Below are positions 25,424 to 37,000 of a stretch of 64,000 nt of DNA, piece by piece. Both the position numbers and the translations under genes were made by a program. Numbering within the stretch: position 1 is the stretch's first letter; each line of letters begins with the position of its first letter. The DNA comes from Hydrolagus affinis (Eukaryota). The notes under the pieces are model-generated. The model did not search any database. It worked only from the letters and a program-made list of their open reading frames with translations, and had not been told where the DNA came from. The stretch spans positions 1 through 64,000 of the forward strand of contig JAAILG010001186.1 in the NCBI GenBank assembly GCA_012026655.1, given 5' to 3'.

Positions 25424-26419
25424 CACAAACACGTAATAGATTTATCTTTCAAATAAATGAAACAAGATTATTTACTGCTTTTCATTTCACATTTTGTTGC
25501 AACAGATACATCTACTGATTTAATTTTTCAAAAGCTCTGCATACAGTCTCTTCATCTTGAGAATTCAATGTGTGTAAATAAATGAAGCATAAATGCATGT
25601 ACCTCCTCCATTGAGCAGAATGTTTTCAAAAACAAATCCCACAAAAAATCCCATACATCTAACAGAAACTTTCTGCAGGTCAGACAAAATACTTTAAGTA
25701 GAACCCACATTATTGAGTTTTACTGATGTACAGTAATTTGAATATCTAGAACGTCAATAATTAGTTTCTTGCTACTTGTAACAGAAAGATTTGTCGACAC
25801 CCAACAGATATTGAGTTCCAACATCTAATGACATCTTTTGACTTTTGTATTGGGCAGCGATATTGCCATATGGAAAATTACTGCACCTCATTCACATTTA
25901 AAATGAGCTGCACATCACCAACAGTAAGTTATGTCTGCTTGGCAGCTTAATACTGCAGTTTAGATGCACAAGTTCTCATGGACAGGGGCCAGAAATCATA
26001 CAGCTTATCCAGTCTAGGATCACCCCCAACTAGAACTCAGCGCAATGCCATAAATTCAGGTTAAAACTTTTCATTTAAACTAAGAACTCTGTTAAAGATT
26101 TTTCAAACAATCATTTGTCAAAGTCTCCAATTAAGCTACCCTGAGTGAAAGATCAGTGAAAGGATTTTACTAATAAATGTCAAATTGTTTGTGCAGCATT
26201 GCACTGTAACAATTCAGAAAGCCACCTCAAACCTTTTTTAGAAACATCCCACCCACCCCCCGAATACAATTAAGAATTCAAAAGTTGAATTAAGTCTGTT
26301 GTGTAATTTTCCACCATTATGCTTGCATTCCTGCAACATGATGAAAAAAAAGCTATACTGTGTACAAAGCACTAAACACATTAATTCATCTGCCAGTTTA
26401 TTGATAAGTCATACTTTAT

Positions 26420-26903
26420 ACAACAACGACAACAACAAAATGCATTTATGTAGCACCTATCACATCAGGAGGATATCCCGAGGTGCTAGGCAGTCAAGGG
26501 TTTGCACCCAAGCTCAGAGTTGTATTTGGAAGGAGGGGCAATGGGGGAATGGGGAGAAAGATGACCCCAAACTTAGTGAAAGCGAAATTCTTCAGACAGA
26601 CCTTCAAGAAGGCGAGGTAAGGGGTGAGGCAGAGCGACTTTGGGATGGATTTCCAGAGTATGGAGGCAGAAAGTTTAAAAGCCTGAATTCAGTACCTGCC
26701 ATGTTGAGGGAGTGGGTGGGTTTGTAAGGTTTTGAAAAGTCACAGAGATAGGATGGGGTAAAGCTGTGGAGGGATTTAAAAGCGAGGAAGATCTTCAACT
26801 CGATTTCTGGGGGGATGGGGAGCCAATGGAGCTGGGCAAAGACGGGGGTGCTAGGCTCACAGAGTCTAATGTGATAGAGGACAAGAGCTGCAAAGTTTGG
26901 ATG
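26420..26903 (-). mobile_element. L2 LINE 3' end with (GTT)n tail
   Basis: ORF 26604-26921 contains TPVFAQLHWLPI..IELKI.LAFKSLH...PSYL (L2 ORF2 C-terminus); (CAA)n at 26420. Confidence 0.85.
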
Positions 26904-29469
26904 GTATACAGAATGTTGCATTCATTAATTAACATTTCATTGAATTATGTTTAAAAATACATAATTGCCAGGTTAAAACACTAAAGGAGAATTTGTTGAG
27001 TACTGTATTGTTAAAAATATAATGACTCTGGTATGAATAAAATAGTGCATTAAAGCATGAATGTGTGTTCAACCCAACAGAATCGAGACAGATTGTACTC
27101 CAAATGTACAGATTTCCAACAGGACTCCTCCATGAGGAAATCAAATGCGGAGCTTCTTCTGTGTAACCGAAAGCCACGGAAACACTGCTTGGAAAGTAGG
27201 TTTTGTCAGAGCTGAGTGTCTGCAGCTTGGCATGTAGGATCTCTGGTTTTCTTATTGAAGACTCCTGCCACATGTTAAACCCCTGCTTGATTCTGAATCT
27301 ATGCCCTGCTGTAGGGAAATTGGAAGTGGAGACCAGGTATTTCATCGCAAGGAATGAAAAAATGGGGTATTATCCACCAATAGATCTCACTCCTTTCAAT
27401 CATTGGTTTTAGATCAGCAAGTATTCCCCATACCTCCAGAATTTCCACCCTCTACCAATTTGGTTTGCTCCTTCACGTCCCACACCAAATTCTACCTCTT
27501 TAAAGATACCTAAGGCCATTTCCCTCTCCTCCTGTTCCTCTCCCTTTCCAACCTCCATTCCCGAAAAGTGCTCAAAGACCATATGTGATGGTCGCAATAT
27601 AAATGCAAGTTGTTGCTGTAGTTGGGAGACGTCTGCAAACAGGTTGCAGAGTGTGGGAATGTTATCTTTAAAATGCAGTCATCCAATATAACTGAAACTT
27701 CTACAATACCCAAAAAACCCCAAACAGCAATATTCTATGCTTGTAAAACATCCATAATTCGGTTTTCATTTCACATGCGCTGAAAACATGGTAGGCAATC
27801 TGATCTACGGGACTAGACTGCCTCCAAATAACTCGGCTTGATGGGCAGATTTTGTGACCTATAAACCAGTTGATCAATGCGTGGTTGACTGCATCATCTG
27901 AAACCTTTGAATAGATTACTGCCTTGTAATACAATTACAGGCAGGCATTATCCTTTATTTGATTTACTTACTGCTGAAACGAAAGGCATCTCCTGCTTTC
28001 TACAAATGCATCAATGACAGGGTTTGCACGTTCAAGAATGAGCAGCCAACTGCTTTTAATCAGAGGTTTGCCTGCAGTCCAGGAATGGAGACAAGCTGGC
28101 GAGGCCTGATGAGGGAGCTCAGAGACTGATATCAAAATCATCAGTTTGTACTGAACTCAATAACCCAAACAGCCTCCATTTCCACAAGCACCATCCTGCC
28201 TTTTGTTCTGACAGAGATAAGATGTATAAATTATGAGTGGTTGAGAAAGTATACTCTGGTGCCCGAGGCAGCTCATCAATCATTTTCAGCATGTCGGCAG
28301 GTAACTGATGTGGCCCCTGCAGGCACTTCCCATTCAGGTAAGAGGCAAAGAATAAAAGCATTGCCAAAGGACAAACACAGCAGCAGAGCTTTATTTAAGA
28401 TTTTTTTTTACTTGGAAGTTGTTTATCTTAAGATATCCGCGGTTTTCCCAAACTTGCTTCTCTTGGATTTGGAGGGCTGCACAGCTCATCGGTACTAAAC
28501 AATAATTGCTGTCATAGATGAAACACGGCTCTGGAGACCACCCATTGACTGGTTTGTGTAAGGTGGGGCGGAGCTAGTCTCTTGTTCTTCTGTCTCCAGT
28601 CAACTTCAAAGGCCCCCAAGTGTCATTGGATTCCCTTAAATTATTGCAGGCTTTGGCCAAGCTACACTGGGTCTCAACACACACAAATTAAAAAATACTC
28701 CAATTACTGCCTACAGATCATTCCCCATCTTTCCAATTCTGGCTCTGCGCCAGAGCTTTCAATGTTCTTTGCTTTTCCCAAACAGAAACCTGAAGCAAAT
28801 TAGTTTACCGAGTGTGAGACTGACATTGTGGATAGACTGATCTCTTTACTTTAGTCACTTGTTCAGTGTAATTAGATTGGTTGGGTGGGAGTGGGGGGGG
28901 TTTGAAGAAGTGCTGGTGCTGGTGTAAGCTGACATTTCGGCTGAGCTTTTAATGTGTCAAGATCAGGCTGGGTCTTACTGATCAGCAGGTCACCACCAGA
29001 AGAAAGATCCTTCAGTGTCAAAGGGCTCCGACCGAGATGTGACAATGTGATTGTTTTCACCTCCAATACAAATAAAGGAAAAAAATGTAATCTCTTCAAA
29101 AGCTTTAACTCGCAATAGGCCAATTGCCAGACATCTTGCATACGGTATTTGACACAGCTGCTGCTGTATTAATTAAACATTGTGCTTTGTACTAGTTTCA
29201 TAAGAGACTACTTGCTTGCAATTAATATTCTTTCACCAGCCATGTGAAAATGGTTAATGTTTTTACTGTAATTACAATGATACACCTATCACGATAAAAA
29301 AAAAGTGTTGACACTTTAATACTACCAAGGAGAGCAGATTAGCAACTGCACCATGAATACTTTGTTCCTCACAGATGTTTCAGGCAAATTTTACTTCCCT
29401 CACCCCAGAGGTGAAACACAACACAGACCTCAGAGCTGAGGTTTGTTCACTGAAGATCTGCTGGATCAT

Positions 29470-29805
29470 CACCATGCAGAACCAAGCCATTTAGACAAGG
29501 GAGGTCACAGGTTTGAATTCCAATCTGTTGCTGGGTTAGCTGATTTCAGACAGGGTAACAATTGAAGCATCACAATTCACATCAGCCTCCCCACCCCACT
29601 ATGTTAGGAAGATAAAAAAATCAACCATTGTTCCCACCTCCGATCACTACCTAAAGTTTTCTGCTAGAGGATATCCACATGTAGATGTCCAGTCAAGAAA
29701 AAGATCAGGCGCAGGTTTGTTGTCCACGCAGTTGAATTGTCTGCTGAGATTCACTGTTGAAGCTCGTTATATGAACAATGGCTGCTTAGGTGTGGGACTG
29801 GAACC
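29470..29805 (+). mobile_element. Ancient tRNA-derived SINE (AmnSINE2-like), long copy
   Basis: B-box-like GGTTTGAATTCC, then TGCTGGGTTAGCTGATTTCAG...CACAATT...AAAATCAACC...CCTCCGATCACTA. Confidence 0.6.
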
Positions 29806-30289
29806 ATACAAAAGTAGATGAAAGAAGATTCAAATGCCCTTCACAATGGGAATTAAGCAAAAATTAATGGTCATATAATAATCCGTATCCTCAAAAGTTT
29901 GATTAATGCACCAATAGGCCCCCAATATTACTTTTGCAACACTGGGTTGTGTTGTGTTACATATGAGCAGAGGATTTCACTCTGCAAAGTAGCAATAACT
30001 TTCATAATCAAGAAAATCATTCTATTCTATCATCTTGGACCTTATGCAATTCTATTGCTTCATTGGAATAAATGTTCCTTGAATGCTTACATAAAACAAA
30101 TTCTCCCTATAGTTCTTCAACTGATGCTTTCACTCAGTTGACACTTCCTCCACTGTGAAGATATTATAAAGCAACTCACGGGACTCTTTCATCTTTTCCA
30201 TTCAAGTTTCTTGAAGCTCATGACAGAACCATTGCCCTATCAGGTGGTTTTCGAAGGGATAATGCCTCAATTGCCATAATCCCAGTAAT

Positions 30290-30530
30290 CTGTCTATTAA
30301 AGGTCCTGGGTACTATTCAAAAAGAGAAGGGAGTTTCTCTCAGTGTCCTGGCCAACAATCCTCCAGGCAAAATGAGTCATTAACTTCATGACTGGTTGTG
30401 AGACGTTGAAGTGTACAAATTGTTGTTTACCTACAAATACACGGTACATCCTTTATAAAAACCTCTGAAGAACTTTGAACTCTGAAGAACTCAACAATAA
30501 TAGGCACTATATTAAATGCAAGGATTATTT
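30290..30530 (+). mobile_element. DeuSINE fragment
   Basis: TAAAGGTCCTGGGTACTATTCAAAAGAGAAGGGAGTTTCTCTCAGTGTCCTGGCCAACA (Deu domain)...ATTAAATGCAAGGATTATT. Confidence 0.7.
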
Positions 30531-31829
30531 TTAATTTGGTTGAGAAAGAGCGAAGCTAGTGAACTGGAATAACAACAACAAAATTACATTTGTATAGCGC
30601 CCTTAATATTAAATTTGTTGTTGTTGTTGTAAATAGTAATGCTCCTTTCTTGTCATTCATAGCCTGTGAGTCAATGTCAGGTTTAAAATTCAATGAACGT
30701 TTGTTGCTCAGAAATATAACACTTTACCACTGTCAAATGTAGTGACTGTATATTTGTAAGCCAATGTAGAAGCACATTTGCTCCAAGCAAGTTCCACTCA
30801 TAACCAAAAAGTAAATAACCAATGTATCTGGAGGATTGTTGGCGAAGACATAAAGAGAAACTCCTTTCTTTGTTTTTGTAGTACCTTTCCCTACTCCATC
30901 CTTCCACAGTTCCTCCTCACGCCAGCTGTGGCTCACGGTCAGCTATGTGAAGTGCTTTGAGACACCCCCGAGATGAAAGGTGATGTGTAAATATAAAACT
31001 GCTGTTACTCTTTGGATGAGGGAGTGCATTGTTCAATGGATACTTGGGAATGTTATGATTATGTTAATTTAAAGATCATTATATCGCTGACAATGGGATG
31101 TGGATTATATTTTATTTCTCTCAAATCAACTGCAGCTATTCCTGTGAGGTTGCTCTCTCATCATTCCAGGTACAGCTATCCACACACTTGAAAATTCCCT
31201 TTGCAAGAAGGAAGTTTTCAATTCACAGGTTATTTCAAATGCCGAGTGAATTATTGAGCTGCTGTAAATATACTGTTTCATGACTCCATACAAAGAGAAA
31301 TTGAAATGCGTTGCCAAATTTACTGTCAATCATTGCACAGAAACAAACACTGCTGCAGTACAACCTCATAAAGCAGCAATTGGAAAGGTTAAAGCAACTC
31401 AGTTTGCAATGTTGTAACTCTGATAAATTACATGTGATAACATCCTTTTATCAAAACAGAATCTATCAGAATTCCTTTTTACCTAAGAGCATCGTAACAG
31501 TGGAACAGCTCGACACCAACCACTTAAATTGTTAGAAAAAGGAGCACTTCATCTTATTGAAAGGAACAGGAATATTCATTATTATACCCACAAATAAAAT
31601 CCTTGGCCATGTCTCCTGAATCACGCGTTACTCCAATGTGTGTGAATCCAGTTTATAACTTTGCATTCTTTGACTCCTCGCTTAAAACAAAAACTTTCAA
31701 GCTATTTGTTATAGGTACAGTTCTTGTTTTTCCACAAATTTATGTTGTCAAATTATTTCTCAAATTTTCTCCACAATGGCATATGCTGATTTGGCTTGGT
31801 GTTGTCATTGTTGAACGCTAGTTACCCAC

Positions 31830-32075
31830 CCACTCCGCCCAAGTGGCCGTTGTTCATGCGTGAACCTTGGCAGAGTGTCGGCAGGCCATTAGATTTTCGA
31901 AGGTACCACATCCGAGTCTGACCTCTTCACAACTGCTGTCACTATTAGAGGGTGCTTTAGAGGGACCTGGGAAGTCTGGGGCCAATTTTATTTCCTATTC
32001 AACTCCAGCCGAAACTAGCAAAAATCAGCATGGGGGAATTCAAACCAGTATATTCCTGGTCAGTAAGCTCCATTT
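31830..32075 (-). mobile_element. AmnSINE2-like SINE, decayed
   Basis: CGCCCAAGTGGCCGTTGTTCATGCGTGAACC...AGTGTCGGCAGGC. Confidence 0.5.
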
Positions 32076-32341
32076 ACTACACTATTGGAGCTGGCCTACA
32101 CGTATTTCTGAGTTCGGTGACATCACTCTGAACAGTTCCTTCCATTCAACAGTGAGATTGCTGAATGATAATGTGCAATGTTTGAATACACCGAATCATT
32201 GTGATCCAGAAATCATTAGTCAAATTTGTTAAGCAGTTTTGGAATCTGTAAACGTTTAGTGAATTTTGTTTGCTTTTGCACACCAAAATACATAACTTCA
32301 CCAACATGATACAATTCATAAGCATCAGTTCACATACAACA

Positions 32342-32652
32342 TTATTAATAATAATAATAATGCTTGCATTTGATATAGCGCTTTTTACGCCTTCCAGATG
32401 TCTTAAAGTGCTTCACAGAAAATACTGTAAAGTGAATTGAATGTATATCTTGTAGATGAAACATGGCAGCCAATTGTGCACAGAAGTGTCCCACAAACAA
32501 TCATGGATTGAGTGAATAAATCATTTTGTTTTCTGGAGGGGTATTATCAGGCGTGTGGAGTAAGTAAACTTGTTCAAGGTTTCGCACTGCCTGGAATCGA
32601 ATCCAGGTCTCTTGCTTACCAGAGTGCTCTAACCACTGAGCTACAGGACTCC
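32342..32652 (-). mobile_element. tRNA-derived SINE, full length (SINE2-1_CM-like)
   Basis: Head GGAGTCCTGTAGCTCAGTGGTTAGAGCAC...GGATTCGATTCCAGG through the (ATT)n tail. Confidence 0.92.
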
Positions 32653-33802
32653 TACATTGGATGATATCAGGAATAGGCACAGACAGATGAAAAATATTCC
32701 CACAGGGCAATCATTTGTGTGCTGCTGGGCTTGGTTGGAAAGAGGAAGTATCTGTAGAGAGAGGAGGCTGGGGTTGAATAGTGATGATGGATGAATAGTT
32801 AACACTTTTTGCTCGATTAATTTTGGAAATCAAGGAGCATCTGTGCAGCACTTTTTACCAGGACATAGAATGGGTAGTGAGATGAAATCCATGATCAAAT
32901 TAGATTTACGTGGTTTTGGGGAAGGAATGCACTCGATGAACTGAATGCCCTTTACTCATTCTATGTTTTCTTTTGTTTGTACAATTCTACTAATGCTGCA
33001 TTTTTGCTGTAGTTTAAGTGTGACAAATGGAAATATAGTTTTATATACCTGGCTTTATGGTATCATCCCAGAAACAAACTTTTGAATTTCAGTGATCTCT
33101 GGAAGAGTTATAAGCTAGCTTGTGTTTTGCAATTGAGAGTGTCTTTCTGACAACAATATTTCCAGAGGAATGCAGCAGAAGATATGATGAGACCTACAAT
33201 CAGGAATGAAGTCACCAGAATAGCTAGTTCATTAAGATGATTTTCTTGCTCAGCACTGCATGGAAACAAATCAAGCTGCTATTAACATCTGCAACATACT
33301 TTTGTTATCATTTATGGGACTGTAAGGCAAGTGAGCAATTATAAAAGACAGCAAATACTAACGCTTAAGCACCTTTGGCTGTTTAATGTCATCCGCTGAA
33401 ACAATGACAGGATTTCCCACATAAAGTACTGGTTTTGTGTATGTATGAGTGCGTGTGCACCTCTCTCCCTCTCACTCATTGTCTGCAGGAGAAGTGGGCT
33501 AATTTCTGGTTTTGTTGAGTTTAAATGTGGATGGCAGATTATGCAAGGCATATGTACGCTTCTGAAAACAAAGGGAAAAACAAGGTCTGGGTTTGATTCC
33601 TGATATTCTGCTGATGTGTTTCATCCCGTATTATTCTTTTGCCTCCACTCATCATGAATTGTGGATGCTATCCAAAAGCTGTTCCAGGTATCGATTCTTC
33701 ACATGTGTGCTTTGATAGTAATTTTCAACAGATTATTTATATATCATCACAGCAGACTCTAAACCTAATGTCCAAACTACCTAAACTCAATACAATGATT
33801 CA

Positions 33803-34040
33803 TTATTATTATTACCAATACTACTAATAATAATCCTTGCATTTGACATAGCTCCTCTCTCATTGGGAGGACATCTCAAAGCACTTTACAGGATTTCCTG
33901 TGAAGTGCAGTAACTGTATTGTGTATGTGAGCACATCAGTCAATTTTGCACCCAATACTGTCCTACAAACCGCCATGAAATTAATAGAAAATTTTATCTG
34001 TTGGCCAGGACACTGGGAAAAACTCAATTTTTGTTTTCAA
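33803..34040 (-). mobile_element. DeuSINE-type 3' half
   Basis: TAATAATCCTTGCATTTGA...TCTCAAAGCACTTTACA...TTGGCCAGGACACTGGGAAA. Confidence 0.7.
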
Positions 34041-37000
34041 ATAGAGGCATGAGATTGTGAGTTCTAAATTCCATGGTACAGTAGGAATATTTGGCGAACA
34101 TTTGATTTAAAGCAAGATACAAAGTTATACAATGGATGAGCCAGTTTTGATAACGTTGGAATCTGACAGTAATGAAGCATGAACCTGCAGTTTGCTTGAA
34201 CACAGCTATTGTCTCATATAAGATATTAAACCTTTGCTTTCTGACAATTAGTTGCACCCCTTTCACAAGGAACCCACTGCAGTGTTTTTCTGAAGGCATT
34301 TCTATATTAGAAATGTGACAAGAACAGTTATGATGGGAATCCCTCAACTGTATCACATCATGTGACAGGGCGGTGATACAGGAGCGTTTGTGTTCAAGCG
34401 ACACTGGTAAATGACATAATCTCTAATATGTTATAATAAACTAAACGATCTTTGTAGTACGCTATCTTGTCTCTTAGATTCAGACCATTACAAAACCTCC
34501 AAAGAATTGCATAAATTTAGAATCCTGGTATTGGAGGGAAAATCAATGCACACTGAAATGATACTTACTAAATATAGCATGGGAAAGGTTTTACTACCCT
34601 ATTATGTGAAAAAGAAAGGATTTCATGGTATTTGCTCTTATATCAACACCATACTCCAACTACATAATTGCCAGCACATTTTTAACAAGTTCAGACTTCT
34701 ACTTTATCCATCAAATTAGAGATTAGTAGATCAAGGGCAGGAAAAGAGGCAGCAATAAGAACAACTATAAGTGTTATATGTGGGTGGCAAAGCTGCTTTA
34801 TCTTGCGCAAATCATCCTTAGCAACCGTGGTGGAAAGAGTGCAAAGTGAAACATATAAACACTTGCATGTGATCACTATCTCTGTACTGTCTGCCGCACA
34901 CATAGCTACTTTATCAGGTGATCAGAGAGATAATGTTCAGTCACCTCGGGCAATTGCATTGATTAAAGAGAAGTTTTGCTAATGAATGGGTTATTATGAG
35001 CGAGCAAAATGTCTGGATAAACTGATACCTCGCTACTGGTAAACTTTATCCACAAGTCAGCATCAAAGCCGTCACAGTTCTTGACAGAGTGGGAAGAAAT
35101 ACAGATCACTGAGAGTGCGTTATTGTAGGGAAGTGCAAGTTCACCAAATTATATTTATCTGGGCAATCAACATTTTTTTTAAACAAAGATTTTTTTAAAT
35201 AAAGAAAAGAGCATTAATGTATTTTCTTATGCCTTGGTTGTAACTAGCAGGGACTCAGTGCAATTGGGATCAAAAGGCATTATGACATTGCCTCTTATTT
35301 TCTCATTTATTCATCTCATATGCTGGTGTGGCAGCATGTGTTCCCATCAGTGTTTTCTGAACCTCAAAAGCACAAAACCTCAAGCCCCTAATGTATTGAA
35401 ATCAGTGCTGACCTGCCATTTACACTACCAGAGCACCAGACGCTATAGCTGCTTGTCATCCTGCCTATTAACTTGACGTCTTTATTCACAGGCCATCTGC
35501 AACAGTGAGAGATATAACTAATGTCTTCCATACAACAAGGTGGCAAAAGACAGAGCGCAGTGTACAGTCGACCTTTGGGATTCTCAAAGATCCTAACTAC
35601 CAGACATGAAAATCAATCCTCACCACTGGCATTAATTAAAATAAACTAAAGGGCAGAATAAGATAAAATGTACATTCTGTCACGTTGAAGGTTTCTGAAG
35701 AACCTTACAAGCATTTTGCTCTGTATTATTAAGCTCTGGTTTAACTGGAATTCTTAATTTTGTACTGTTTTGTTGTTAGTCTCCTTGAATCTTTCCATAG
35801 GTGTTTGAAACCCCACGTGTTACAATTTTATAAAATAAAAAAACGACAATTTTTTCCCCTATTCTCCCCTAAATGTGCTGACTCTTTACTGGGTCTTTAT
35901 TGGATATGCACTGTCGTCTCCTATGGAACTCAAATGACGTGAACCACAGAAATATATGTAATTCAAGCACAAAATGTCTGCCAGTATCCCAGTACAGTGT
36001 AACACAGGTGGAATGGTGGGGGAAATTTGTACCCATGGCTACTATATATACACACACAGTCTGTTATGTTCTCAAAAGCTCCTTCTCTCATTTTGTCAGT
36101 ACTCCAAAATACAGGACTGATCATCAATAATCCACTGTGCCAAATACTGGTGAAACTCAGGCTTTTTCTTGTGAATCTTCACAAATCATTTAACAGGATT
36201 CCTTGTTGAAACCTGTTTAATGGAATGAAGGCAAGGCACTGCATATCAGCGAATGAGGGTAACAGAGAGATAGCACAAGGGAAAATCAACTGAAAAGGTA
36301 CAAGATTAACAACAAGTAACTTTTATCTGCAGTGTATTCCACTCTAAACTTACATTATGTCCTCTAGTCAAAATTACTTATATCAAAGCTCTGTTTTTGG
36401 TCTATTAAGAGGATAAATGCATGAGTATATATCTGTACTCATTGCCTTCACTCCAGAAGAATACTTCAGCTGTGATCTTCTCTTAACAATGCATCTCATC
36501 TTTCAAATCGCACAATCCTACAATTTACAGTGGTTCCTATTATGTGTACAATCTACAGCTAAAGGTAACACAGTGTGACATGGATTTTTAGACTAATTCA
36601 AAGACATTTTTTTGGTCTGGCATTTCATTGTTAGTCATTTAAAAGATTTCTGGGCAAACATCATCCCACCTTGTTCATTTCCATTCTCGGTGATGCTTTG
36701 GAGCTAACAAAGGATTATATTGTGATCCACCATGTCTTAGAAAGAAGTATTTATAGAGCAAATTTCATCCACTACAGCTAATATAGTTAACCTTGGCGTC
36801 ACCTATCCACTACTTCTTGACTAATCCAATTTTCCTTTTTATTCTTTACAACCTTGGTGGTGTCCTTTCTGTGGGGCTTGGCCTTTCACCTCTATTTGTC
36901 AATAAACACAACTCCAACTAATACATTAAATAGGATTTCTTTATGTCAAATGGATAGGTAACTGTTAATACAATCAATGGAGTACACAACTAAAGAGTTG

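Noticed and set aside
26929-27345. 138-aa minus-strand ORF with a tandem acceptor-like CCTACAGCAG near 27306-27315, considered as the next LRMDA exon
   Set aside because: In the required phase 0 it reads GIDSESSRGLTCGRSLQ-stop, and no frame resembles the LRMDA C-terminus.
32580-32652. tRNA-like sequences here and at about 2090-2153, 42460-42530, 46620-46700 and 53741-53810
   Set aside because: They are SINE heads continuing into SINE bodies, with no proper acceptor stem or terminator; not tRNA genes.
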